The position numbers and the translations under genes were made by a program. Positions 35,134-47,518 of a stretch of 64,000 nucleotides of DNA are shown one piece after another. This DNA is from a cyanobacterium endosymbiont of Rhopalodia gibba (GTDB lineage Bacteria; Cyanobacteriota; Cyanobacteriia; Cyanobacteriales; Microcystaceae): the NCBI GenBank assembly GCA_045159875.1, contig CP067995.1, forward strand, positions 800,001-864,000, written 5' to 3'. The notes under the pieces are model-generated. The model was not told where the DNA came from. It was given only the letters and a program-made list of their open reading frames with translations, and searched no databases. Numbering within the stretch: position 1 is the first letter of the stretch; the number at the start of each line of letters is the position of its first letter.

Positions 35134-37029
35134 TCAATAAATTAAAGATGACCAATAATTGATTATTATTCCCCACTCTTCACCAAGAACAAACCACATT
35201 AATAAACTTACTCCAATTAAAATAGTTAAAATGTAAAATTGTGATTGTCCAGATACATTATATCTTAAAATATTACCACTAAAAATAGTGACTAAACTCA
35301 CTAAATTAACCGCTCCATCTACTACATAGCGATCAAACCAAATAGTTAAATAAGATATTTTTTCTACTGCTGCGACCACCGTTACTTCATAAACACGGTT
35401 GAGATAGAAGTCATAGGCAAATAAATCTTGAAAAAACCGCAGATAGATTTGAGTCGGCCGAGTCCAAGACCTTCGTAGGGGACTAATAATTCCAAGGAGA
35501 CAACCAATAATTCCTGACCCAATTAAAAGGGGGATTGCCCATTTAACAATGATAATGTCTTTATCAGTCAAAGGTGATATAGCTGATAACCAAAATGGCC
35601 AGCGAATTGGAGCAATAGAAAAAATTAGAGTTGTTACGGTTAACGTTACCATCGGAAAAGCTATCGGCCAGGCAACTTCGGGAGTTCGACGGGTTTTAGG
35701 TTGAGGATTTCCTAGAAACACTAAACGGAAGACACGGGTTAAATTCCAAGAACACAACAAATTGACAAATAGGACAATTGCACATAACCATCCAGGTACA
35801 TTCCAATCACCATTAAACCACCGTTGTAATGTCCAAAACATTCCTAAGGGGAGCAATGCAACTAATCCGGCAGCACCTGTCATAAAACTGGTGGTGGTAG
35901 CGGGCATCCGTGACCAAATTCCTCCCATTTCCGTTATATTTTGATTATAAGTCGTTAAAATAACCGCTCCTGCACTCATAAATAATAAGGCTTTGGTGAT
36001 CGCATGGGTAAAAACTAATAATAAAGCAATATCGACTTGACCTAATCCAACAGCAATAAAGACCAATCCCAAATAAGCACTGGTGGAATGGGATAGGGTT
36101 CGTTTGATATCAATTTGTGCTAACGCGATCAACGAAGTTCCTACCGCCGTTACTGACCCTAACACGATTAGTACCTTAGAAGACATTGGGGATAGGGTAA
36201 ATACGGGCTGTAATTTAATTAACACGTATGCTCCAGCAGAAACTACTACCGAATTTCGCATAATTCCGGCAGGGTTCGGTCCTTCCATCGCTTTATCAAG
36301 CCATAGATTAAGCGGAAATTGAGCACATTTACCTGTAGGACCAGAAATTAACGATATTCCTAATAATGCTGCAGTTAAAGGGCTTAAATCAGAGCTAATT
36401 GCCCATTTTTCCAGTTCAGAGAAAGTCAACCCTTCTCCATAACTAGAAAGAGTAACTAATCCCATTAATAAAATAATATCCCCAACACGTTTAGTTAAAA
36501 ACGCATCTCGGGCCGCTGTTGCTACTAACGGTTGAGCGTACCAGAACCCAACTAAAAGATAGGTGGACAGAGTGAGAATTTCTAAAAGACCATAACTCAG
36601 TAACAAAGAATCACTGAGAGCAATCCCGCCTAAAGCCGCTTCAAATATTCCCATCAATCCAAAAAATCTGGCTAAAGACCAATCTTTTTCCAGATAACCC
36701 AGAGCATAGAATTGAACAAGTAAACTAATTCCGTTGACTAACCCCAACGCCCCTAAACTAATTGGAGACAGTTCTATAGTCAAGGACAAATCTAAATCAG
36801 CTACCTGAAGCCATTGAAATATTAATTGTTCAGATTGGTGTCGCCAAATAACAGAAAAAGCTAATGAACTGTGAATAAAAGCAAATGCTATCATTAACAG
36901 ATTCAAGTAGGCCGCTGGCCTAGGTCCTGTACGACGAACAATTCCTAAAGACCAGGGTAGGGTTAACACCGAACCAATTAGACTGTAAATCGGGATCAAC
37001 CAACTACTGTGTACAATAAAACTGCTCAT
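35134..37029 (-). CDS. ndhF4: NDH-1 subunit NdhF4 (CO2-uptake type)
   Basis: Intact 631 aa; TGPRPAAYLN (F4-like rather than F3 PAGY), KCAQFPLNLWLD; divergent from ccmK. Confidence 0.88.
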   Translation of the reverse strand: MSSFIVHSSWLIPIYSLIGSVLTLPWSLGIVRRTGPRPAAYLNLLMIAFAFIHSSLAFSVIWRHQSEQLIFQWLQVADLDLSLTIELSPISLGALGLVNGISLLVQFYALGYLEKDWSLARFFGLMGIFEAALGGIALSDSLLLSYGLLEILTLSTYLLVGFWYAQPLVATAARDAFLTKRVGDIILLMGLVTLSSYGEGLTFSELEKWAISSDLSPLTAALLGISLISGPTGKCAQFPLNLWLDKAMEGPNPAGIMRNSVVVSAGAYVLIKLQPVFTLSPMSSKVLIVLGSVTAVGTSLIALAQIDIKRTLSHSTSAYLGLVFIAVGLGQVDIALLLVFTHAITKALLFMSAGAVILTTYNQNITEMGGIWSRMPATTTSFMTGAAGLVALLPLGMFWTLQRWFNGDWNVPGWLCAIVLFVNLLCSWNLTRVFRLVFLGNPQPKTRRTPEVAWPIAFPMVTLTVTTLIFSIAPIRWPFWLSAISPLTDKDIIIVKWAIPLLIGSGIIGCLLGIISPLRRSWTRPTQIYLRFFQDLFAYDFYLNRVYEVTVVAAVEKISYLTIWFDRYVVDGAVNLVSLVTIFSGNILRYNVSGQSQFYILTILIGVSLLMWFVLGEEWGIIINYWSSLIY

Positions 37030-37850
37030 CTAAAGTAGATTATTTAAGGGTCTTTACTTTTATAGAGCATATCAGTTTTTATACCTAGTTTTTGCTTTCT
37101 ATTTACATGAAGTAGAAATTTTTGGAACAAGTAAAGCCGTAGCTATCCCCATTAATTATCTTATGTTAATGAATGAGTTTCTGGAAAGTTTTTTTAGGAT
37201 TGCTATTGTTTAGAAATTTTCTTTGACTTCTAGTGATCCAATTTATTAAACTGATTGACAAATACAATCAGCTATCTGTATTTTTCCTCAAAAGGTAAAT
37301 TCGAGAAGCTTGGTCAATGGCTTAATTATTGTTTAAATTAGCAAAATACATCCTCATCAAAACTAAATTGTATAGAATAGAGATTAAACTAATTAATATT
37401 TAATATTAATCTTTAATGTGCTCTATACAAACTTTTAGTATAAGTAGATTATAAAACAGTTTGATTTTTTCCATGAAAGACAAGAAATTAGTATAAGCAC
37501 ATCTTTATAGATTTTATATCAACTATTAATTTTCATTAATCATAAGATTAGAAAAGATAATGGTGATTTCTTTTGTGAAAAGGACCACGCTTGCCTATTT
37601 TTCAATATATAGGTTGATATGTCAGCTATTCCCGTCGGGTGTCTTTTTTCTGCATCCTTGGGCTAAAAATATGACAGGTTTAGAAGGATAAATCATAACC
37701 GATAGGAGACTGATAAGATAAGTCACTCTCCTATTCCTGTGTCAGTTATCAATGCAATAAGATTATTTCCCGACGGGAAAATAGTTCATAGCTAGATGAT
37801 TGATTTACTTTGTATAGTTGTTGAGTTTGGCGATTACGAAGTAATCCAGT

Positions 37851-38177
37851 ATGCAAATTGCTGTTGAAATGATTGAAACCAAAGGATTTTCTGCTGTTGT
37901 AGAAGTAGCGGATACTATAGCCCGTGTTACCCTAGTCAGGTATGAGAAAATCAGAAGTGGCCGTCTCACCGTCATTGTGCGAGGCGATGTATCTGAAGTA
38001 CAAGCTTCAGTATCTGCAGGAGTCGATGTGGCTAATCGGGTTAATGGAGGAGAAGTTCTCTTAACCCATATTATTGCCCGTCCCCACGAAAAGCTGGAAT
38101 ACGTATTACCCATTCGCTATACCGAAGCCGTAGAATAATTTCGCGAAAGGGTAAATCTCTCTCTAAGACAAGTATGA
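37851..38177 (+). pseudogene. ccmK: Carboxysome shell protein CcmK pseudogene
   Basis: [21 protein letters not shown]; about 3 codons missing after VVEVAD, several G->R/E changes, TAA at 38136 before FRERVNL. Confidence 0.9.
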
Positions 38178-38200
38178 ACGACAACTAGTAGTTAATCATA

Positions 38201-38483
38201 ATGCAAATTGCTAAAGTTAAAGGGACTGTCGTCAGTAGCTATAAGACCCATAGTTTAACAAGACTATGGATGGATGCCCAAACTCTTGTCCCAATATGAA
38301 GTAGCGGGAGACATTGTGGATGCAGGACTTGAGGAATAGGTCTTAGTATCAAGAGGAAGTACTGTTCACATAGAAGACGGAGAAGAACATTCTCCACTCG
38401 ATGCGATAGTAGTGGGGATTATCGACACTGTAACGTTGGAAAATTGAAACCTATACAGCAAAAAAGATACGTATCGAAGTTAA
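38201..38483 (+). pseudogene. ccmL: Carboxysome vertex protein CcmL pseudogene
   Basis: MQIAKVKGTVVSS, deletion/frameshift, YEVAGDIVDAGLEE*VLVSRGS, PLDAIVVGIIDTV. Confidence 0.92.
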
Positions 38484-38590
38484 TGATTATTGTTTATCCA
38501 AAGAATTCAACTTCAGCCAAGCCGAGGGGGTCTGTCGGCTTAATTGGGTGATGATGCCTTGTTCAATTAATTAGGAGGACTGAAGTAGCA

Positions 38591-40151
38591 ATGGTAGTCC
38601 TCAAAAAAGCGGCTTCTCCAATACCTTGGTCGAAGACCTTAGCCGAACCACAAATTGATGATAGTGCCTATGTGCATTCCTTCTCTAACCTAATTGGTGA
38701 TACAAAAGGCCAATGTTCTTATTTTCCTAAGAAACTCAATTTGCACCGATGAAGGCTCATCTTTTACCATTGGTGAATTTACTAATTAATATACAAAACG
38801 GGGTAGTCATTCATGGACTTGAACGAGGACAAGTAGTAAATATATATTACTCACATGGCACTGATTCACGGTCGAGCTTATGTTGGGAATGAATGCTTTA
38901 TTGGCTTTCGTCCAACTATGCCAGAATTAGCCAAGGTTGTATAGTGATGATGCATACCTTAATTCAAGATGAGGAAATTCCTCTTGGAAAGTATGTTCTC
39001 TCAGAAGCGGTAATTACTAATCAACAACAAGCTGATCGTCTTTCTGACATAACCGAGAGTGATCGTACTTTTGAACATCATGTCGTAACCATCAACGAAT
39101 CTCTGCGAGTTGGCTATCAGTGCACTGAAGATTAAGCCTACAACCGATTCGTGAGAAGTTGTAAAAGACTATAAATAACGTCGATAAGATTGACTATAGC
39201 AGTTCGGTGACCAATGTGAGTTTAAGTAAGGAAATTATAACCCAAGCTTGTCTGCTGCTGTCCCAAGGACATAAAATTGGGACGGAACACTCAAATAAAC
39301 GTCGCTTCCGTACCAAATCTTGGTTAACTTATGGGACCTTTTTCGGTGGTGTCAATTAGGTACTAACGAATTGAGAAACTTGTTTGCAAGACTCTTAAGG
39401 AGGATATATCCGTCTGATTGGTATTGATCTCGAAGCTAAACGGCATGTCCTAAAAACGATAATTCAATGACCCAAAGATATTCCCGAGGTTCCGACCCGC
39501 ACACAACCATCAAAAGCCATAGCAATAATGGCAATAGTTCTAGTGTGAGTGACAGCAATGATAATGGTCATTTATCGGGAAATATTATTTTCCAAGTTAG
39601 AAGTCTACTCCAATCTGTCCATAAAATGGGGACAAAATTTACCAGTCAACGCTGTTTTTGGACTAAATCTTGGTTAACCGGTCCTGCTATTGAAAATATA
39701 CAGGAAACGGAAGTAATACAGGCATTAGAGACTTTTGTATTTGAGTATAATGAGGCGTGCGTTTGATTGAGATTGACTACAATGCCAAGCAACAGATATC
39801 AGAAACCATTATTCATCGTCCTGAGAAAACCTCACAAATTAAATTTAATAGTTCAGGAGTGGCAAAGTGTTGCAGCCAAGGATTGACTAGCAGGACAGGT
39901 TCTAGTTTTGGTTTAAACGCCGAAACGACTAGCCAAGTGTGATCATTACTTTCTCAAGAATATCAAATTGGCACATAACATGCTAATAAGCTTCGTTTTC
40001 GTACTAAGTCTTGGCAGAGTTGCGCTCCCATTGAGAGTCGCTATGAAGCTAATATTATTGTTTTGAACATCCAGGGGAATATATGCGCTTACTGGGTATT
40101 GATACTAAAGCTCAACGCCGTATCTTAGAAACGATAATTCAACGTCTTTAA
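38591..40151 (+). pseudogene. ccmM: CcmM pseudogene (gamma-CA-like domain plus three RbcS-like repeats)
   Basis: [26 protein letters not shown]; repeated R(R)FRTKSW and RLIGID motifs; many stops and frameshifts. Confidence 0.93.
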
Positions 40152-40209
40152 TTGTAGTGTGAAGGGGTGAGATTAAATCTTGTCCTTTTATGACTACTGG
40201 ATAATAGTA

Positions 40210-40943
40210 ATGCGTTTACCCCTTATTCATCCACCAACTCAGTTAGATATTTATGTCATTGGTAACGTTGTTATTTATGAAAGTACAGTTATTGCATCAG
40301 AAACTATTTCGAATTTTTATCAGAGAAGGGGCGTGTATTGGCATGGGAAACATAATCAATACTTACCAAGGAGACACTGAAATCTAATCCTGTGGCATAT
40401 TTAGGTCCTGGGGTTTTAGTCATTGGTCAAAGTAAAATCGGTAAAAACACTTGTATTGGTTCTTCGACCACAATTATCAATACTTCTATGGAACCAGGAA
40501 CAACCATTGAAGCAGGCTCACTAATTGGTGATACTTCGTGTTCATTTTCTGCCGTAATATCTAACCCTTTAAAGGAAACTAAATTAGAAATAAATAGGTT
40601 GTCTCCTAATCATAATAACTTGGTTTCTGAAGCTTCAATAGAAATGAAATTGAGAGTTAATCGTCCTATTGACAATGACTTGATTTATAACAGCAATAAT
40701 TTTTATCATAATCCGCAAACGACTAAAGAGAAAAAAGCTAATTTTTCTGTGGAAGATATAGAAAATATTTGCTCAGAAAAAGTAACTAAAATTGAAAAGG
40801 ATACTGAAATTACAAAACAATCTAACCAAGATTTAGATCAACCAATAGAAACCCAAATTTTTTTTCTTCTAGGACAAATTTATGCGAACAACCTTTTAGG
40901 TACTTTGTTCCCTGAACGTTAAACTTTTAATCGTTATCGATAA
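40210..40943 (+). pseudogene. ccmN: CcmN pseudogene
   Basis: MRLPLIHP..IYVIGNVVIYESTVIA, frameshift, LGPGVLVIG hexapeptide repeats, C-terminal GQIYANNLLGTLFPER. Confidence 0.88.
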
Positions 40944-41584
40944 GATTAATTGTGATGAGTATTAATGAGTAATTAGCCACAATGTTGTTGTCTTTTAGGT
41001 AGGGACTAATGAGATTGAATAGCCAATAATTAATTTTTCTAATTTTATTAGAAAAATTAACAACTACTCTTTTGTAAAAATTTAGATTTTATTATTAACT
41101 TATTTTCTGTAAAACAACTTTTTATATTTAAACTCTTTAACCTGTCTTCTTCTACTGAGTTAGTCGTTTGAGCTGATCATCAATTAAAGTAAGTTTTGTA
41201 GAGACTTTGTCTTTTCTTTTTTTTATTGCCAAAAGAACAGCTTGATGTGTAATTGTCTTTAAAGACACTAGAAAAATAAATAATTTTTCTCTAAAAAAAC
41301 AATAAAAAATGATTTAATTCATGCTTAGAATATATTAATTTACTTAATTATTCTGTCTATATATTGAAATTAAAAAAAATTAAATAAGTAATAAATAGAG
41401 TACAACTATCTATGATTAAATTGGGATTTAAAGAACGAATAAGCAAATTAACGGTGAGCTAAATACCACTTCTAGCAGCCGGATAACTTCCTGAAATATT
41501 TTCTCTGTTACGGATGAGTTCAGACTTAAACTTACACGCACATAAATAAAAAATTAATCATGCCATTCATGGAGGAATTACTAT

Positions 41585-42995
<1,411 letters not shown>

Positions 42996-43045
42996 TTTAG
43001 AAATAGTCGTTAATTTTGAAGAAATTAAAAGTACTTAGGCAAAAA

Positions 43046-43088
43046 TACTCATAACTCCCAATCATATCCTGATTGGGAGTTATGAGTA
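43046..43088. repeat. Perfect 19-bp stem-loop between rbcL and rbcX
   Basis: tactcataactcccaatca-tatcc-tgattgggagttatgagta. Confidence 0.9.
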
Positions 43089-43092
43089 ATCT

Positions 43093-43511
43093 ATGAACTA
43101 TAAATAAGTAGTCGAAGAAACGGTTTGAGTTTTACAAAATTATCTGACTCACTAAACAGTTTGTCCTATTCATTATCAATCAGTTATCCGAAACTAACCC
43201 AACTCAGGTTCTTTAGCTAAATCAATATAAGTGATTTCATAATATTCAAAAGAAAAAAATATATTTAGAGGAGTTAATAGCTCAAAATAAAAAATTAGTA
43301 TTGCGGATTATGTCAGTACGATGGCATCTAGCAAAAATAGTACTAGAATTTTTACCAAAGATGGTAATAGCTGGAATTAGTCAGACAAATATGGAACACC
43401 ATCATCAGTTATTAAAACGACTGATTCAGTTGCAAGCAGTGATTTCTAATCGTAATCCAGAAATCTCTAAGTTTTAAGATAGATGACTCAAATAATCCTT
43501 AAATTAGTTAA
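43093..43511 (+). pseudogene. rbcX: RuBisCO chaperone RbcX pseudogene (3' end approximate)
   Basis: MNYK*VVEETV*VLQNYLTH*, QLSETNP, LVLRIMSVRWHLAKIVLEFLP. Confidence 0.88.
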
Positions 43512-43531
43512 TTGAACAAAATAGATAACCA

Positions 43532-43855
43532 ATAAAAACTTTACCTAAAGAGCGTCGTTACGAAACCCTTTATTACCTATCTCCATTAACTGATCAGCAA
43601 ATTGAGAATATGCTAGATTAAGGGTTGATTCTTGAGGTTGTGTTTAAAGAAAATCCTGATACTAGAATCTATTTCTGGACAATGTGGAAGTTACCTTTAT
43701 TTAGTGTTTATTCTGCTCAGGAAGTATTAGCAGAAGTTCATGAATGTCGCTCTGAATATTCTAATTCTTAGATTCGTATTATTGGTTTTAACAATATCAA
43801 ACAATGTCAAATGATGAGCTTTATTGTTCATAAGCCCAACACTCGTGTATATTAA
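43532..43855 (+). pseudogene. rbcS: RuBisCO small subunit pseudogene
   Basis: (ATA)[40 protein letters not shown]; start codon lost, two internal stops. Confidence 0.95.
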
Positions 43856-44089
43856 TTTTTAAACTAACTTTAGATACTTTTTCAGTTGGTGTCTCAGAGC
43901 CTATCTACTCAAATAATAGATGGGGTCTAAGTTTTTATCTTTTATGGAGGAAGAATAGCCGTTAGAAACAATTTGATACCAATCAATAACTAATGACTTA
44001 AAAAGTCTAAAAAAATAAAAAATAATTTTTTTTATTTTAAAAAATACTAATATAATTGTTTTTTAATTGACTCTAAGTGAGACTAACTA

Positions 44090-44878
44090 ATGTACTGGAT
44101 AATCAAAAAGCAACTTACTTTTCTATCCGTTTACTATGCTTATATGATAGAGTATCGTGCTGAAATATTTTTTTGGATTTTGTCAGGATCATTGCCTATT
44201 ATCTTGATGGGTATTTGGATAGAAGCAGCTACTCAAAGCGAGTTTAAACTAAGTCCAGTTGAATTTTCTCGTTATTTTTTTTGTATTTTTCAAATAAGAC
44301 AATTTACTAATGTTTGGGTGGTTTGGGATTTTGAGAAGGAAGTTTTAGAGGGTGGACTATCTTTTAAATTGTTGCATCCCCTTGATCCAGGTTGGCATCA
44401 TGTAGCAAGACATATTACAGAAAAAATTGCCCGATTGCCTTTAGTTATATTTTTCACTATTTTATTTTTTGTGTTAAATCCTCAATCCTTTTGGATACCT
44501 GATTTATTTCATTTTTTGTTAGCCTTTGTAGTCATAGTTGCTGCATTCTTTCTAAATTTTTTAATTCAATATACTTTCGCTTTGTTCGCTTTTTGGACAG
44601 AGAGAGTCAGTGCTATTCAACAGTTTTGGAATTTAGCCTATGTTTTTCTTTCAGGAATGACAGCTCCTTTAGATGTATTCCCTGATGGAGTTCGTGAGAT
44701 AGTTATGTGGACTCCTATTCCCTATACTGCTTATTTTCCAGCAGCCTTATTAATGACATTACCTGTGAATATTATTCATGGTTTATTGATTATGATGGGA
44801 TGGTGCATTATCTTTTTTGTTATTAATCGTTGGTTATGGCGACGGGGAATAAAACAATATTCTGGAATGGGAGCCTGA
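44090..44878 (+). CDS. ABC-2 family (DUF990-like) transporter permease
   Basis: EYRAEIFFW, LLHPLDP, AFWTER, FLSGMTAPLDVFP, YSGMGA. Confidence 0.88.
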   Translation: MYWIIKKQLTFLSVYYAYMIEYRAEIFFWILSGSLPIILMGIWIEAATQSEFKLSPVEFSRYFFCIFQIRQFTNVWVVWDFEKEVLEGGLSFKLLHPLDPGWHHVARHITEKIARLPLVIFFTILFFVLNPQSFWIPDLFHFLLAFVVIVAAFFLNFLIQYTFALFAFWTERVSAIQQFWNLAYVFLSGMTAPLDVFPDGVREIVMWTPIPYTAYFPAALLMTLPVNIIHGLLIMMGWCIIFFVINRWLWRRGIKQYSGMGA

Positions 44879-45085
44879 TTGAATAGACTGCTAATTCATC
44901 GGTTTAATTATATGCCAAAAATTTAGTATAATCTACTGGTTTTAGACTTTTTCTCCTAAATTTACTCTAACAATTGAAGTTTGATCATCAGTAGATAAGA
45001 TATTTTTCTATGTTTTAAGAGATTGAATATCTCCTCTAAATTTTAATATTCTCGAAGTAGAAAAAATATTGAGGATCTAAGACAA

Positions 45086-45658
45086 ATGTGGAACAAAAAT
45101 GAAGTCATACGTTTTCCTCAAATTAAAAATTTATCTCCTTCATTAATTTTGTCTGATTTTTTTCATTTTAAAAAGAAAAAAATAAATATAATTTCTCATC
45201 AAAATACTCAAAAAATTAAGCACAATATAATAACCATTATTATTGAAAACAGTAGTTCAGGAAAACTCTCTTTAAAAGAAAGTAAATTTTGGAATGGACA
45301 GACAGGAACTTATCAAATACCACAGGATATAAATCCTGGAGAGTTAGTTACCTTTGACCTCAGAAAAGATTTCCTTCAAAAGAATCAAGGAGTTGTAGTT
45401 TACCAAATAATAGACCATTATTGCCAAGATTATTTACTGATAATAGGCTGGTCAGATCTCAATAGTTTTAAGCTTATAAATCACGCTTTTATTCAACTCA
45501 TGTTACTAGAAGATTACCAACAAATAAATTTTAAAAAAATTCAAAGTTGGATTGATAATAGTAAAAGTCAATCTTGTTCAATTCTTAATGGGTATTCAGC
45601 TTGTGCTAAAGCGATAACAAAAGGAAGTCTTCCCCTCTGGGTTAATTGTCTGCATTGA
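45086..45658 (+). CDS. Hypothetical protein resembling Nakanori / 23-kDa jasmonate-induced (actinoporin-like) family
   Basis: Intact 190 aa with GAGGA RBS; pattern IEN...W.G..G...P..I..G....F, GVVVY, IIGWS, NHAF, NS...S...NG, KG..P. Confidence 0.6.
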   Translation: MWNKNEVIRFPQIKNLSPSLILSDFFHFKKKKINIISHQNTQKIKHNIITIIIENSSSGKLSLKESKFWNGQTGTYQIPQDINPGELVTFDLRKDFLQKNQGVVVYQIIDHYCQDYLLIIGWSDLNSFKLINHAFIQLMLLEDYQQINFKKIQSWIDNSKSQSCSILNGYSACAKAITKGSLPLWVNCLH

Positions 45659-45664
45659 ATTCTA

Positions 45665-45900
45665 TGTTAATACTTTTTTTAAAACTTTTTCCGTCATCAT
45701 GGCTAACTGAATTTAATTATCTTCTCAAACTATTAATTTTTTGTTGATGAGTGAACTTTTTTTCGAGAGCAGCATGGGCTAAATAACATCCATTTCTTTC
45801 GAGAACTTCTCTCGTTATTTTATACCAACTCCTCCTTTCAGAAATTGCCTTTTGATATTGCGGTTTAATCTAATCCAAAACTATTTGAATATCCTATCAA
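45665..45900 (-). pseudogene. Possible PspA/IM30-like coiled-coil gene remnant
   Basis: QYQKAISERRSWYKITREVLERNGCYLAHAALEKKFTHQQKINSLRR* resembles PspA W...A..AL..G.E.LAR.AL.RK. Confidence 0.4.
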
Positions 45901-46352
45901 ATTTTTTATAGTCACTGTTGAGTGTCTTCAGAATTAGCCTTTTAAAAAACTTGTCTCAAGTTGATAAATATTATTTTTTTTATTCAAAGGAACGAAGTAT
46001 TTAGTTTAAAAACTACAATTAATTTCTATTCAACGCCAAATAGCAAAATATTTAAATCTGTTAAACAAAACATCATATTTTTTTAAAAAAACGAGTTTCT
46101 GCATGACGGATAATCACATTAAGACTAGTACAAAACTCATAATGGCATTTTTTCGGATAAACCTAATTTCTTCTAGTAAATGTTAACAATAATGTTTATT
46201 TTATAGTCTCACTAGATTTGAAATACTGAATAACAGTATTATCACCACAATCAACACCGTGATGTTTATGACTCCCTAAAACATTCAACAATTCTCAATA
46301 TACACAAATTCAATCACCGCGTGTCCTAATCAATATAGTTAGTAACTATTAA

Positions 46353-47342
46353 CTATTCTTCTCCTAATCCTAATTCCAATTTGAGTAACTGAATTGATTT
46401 ATCTCCAATGTAATTTTCAGAACAAATGACATGAGGAGGACGAATGATGTCATCTCTAATAACTCGGATAGCTTGTTTAACAATAGGATAACTAGCGGGA
46501 TCACTAATAATTGTTTGAGCTGAACGAACTAATCCCCTAAGTTTAACATGATCGCTTGCCTGAGCTGAAATTAACAATAAATCATCTCCCCGCAAGCTAT
46601 GAATAAGAATTTCTGCCACAGTTAATATTCCCGGACTGAGACTAACAATACCTAAACGAGTATCTAAAGGTAAATCCTTAATAATAGCTAGTTCTTGACT
46701 GTAATCGTAAATATTTAGAGGGATAACTCGGATAGACAACGGAGACGCAATAGATTCAGCCTCAGAAAAAAAATAGCTACTTGTAACTACAGTTCCTGAT
46801 TTAGTTTTAACTAGAACCTGAGCTAATTCTTCGAGAGGAACTAATTGTACGGGAATCGCTAAAGCTTTCTCTAGTTCTTGTAATATCAACTCCCCTGCTC
46901 CTAAATCTTTAGTAGGAACTGTGACCAATACCTGCGCACTACAACGTAAACGCCAGTCAAGAGCTGCTAGAAATAATTCCTTAACCTGAGAAATTGTTAA
47001 TCCTTGCCACAACAACTCATCAAGACTTTTTTGAACTAATTGCCTAGCTTCAGGATATTGAGCAAATAAAGGAGAAGCAGGGAGTATTCCGCTTTCATTT
47101 CCTTGAACTTTAACGTAAATACCTGATCCAGCAATAGATTCTACTAGACCAGCTTCTTCCAATTGTTGATAGACTTTACTAATCGTGTTGCGATGAAGTC
47201 CTGTAATAGTAGCTAATTGTCGCGTACTGGGTAAGCGATGGCCAGGAGGATATTGACGAGAAGCAATAGAAAAGCGAATTTGATCAAATAACTGCTTAGA
47301 CGAGGGAATATCACTATCGGACTGGATTTGAAATTGAAGCAT
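46353..47342 (-). CDS. plmA: GntR-family regulator, cyanobacterial PlmA subfamily
   Basis: Likely start MLQFQIQSDSDIP; QYPPGHRLPSTRQLA..TGLHRNTISKVY..GSGIYV. Confidence 0.85.
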   Translation of the reverse strand: MLQFQIQSDSDIPSSKQLFDQIRFSIASRQYPPGHRLPSTRQLATITGLHRNTISKVYQQLEEAGLVESIAGSGIYVKVQGNESGILPASPLFAQYPEARQLVQKSLDELLWQGLTISQVKELFLAALDWRLRCSAQVLVTVPTKDLGAGELILQELEKALAIPVQLVPLEELAQVLVKTKSGTVVTSSYFFSEAESIASPLSIRVIPLNIYDYSQELAIIKDLPLDTRLGIVSLSPGILTVAEILIHSLRGDDLLLISAQASDHVKLRGLVRSAQTIISDPASYPIVKQAIRVIRDDIIRPPHVICSENYIGDKSIQLLKLELGLGEE

Positions 47343-47518
47343 GTCAACCAAGTCGAAGAAAGAGTCAACAAGACACAAGACCTTAAGACGTCATTTTATT
47401 GTAAACAGTTCCGCGAAAATATACTTAACGGAATATAAAGGCTAATGCATATATTATGTATATATATTAGAGTTCTAATATAATTCCAGAAAAAAAATAA
47501 ATTTGGGTAATATTAAAG

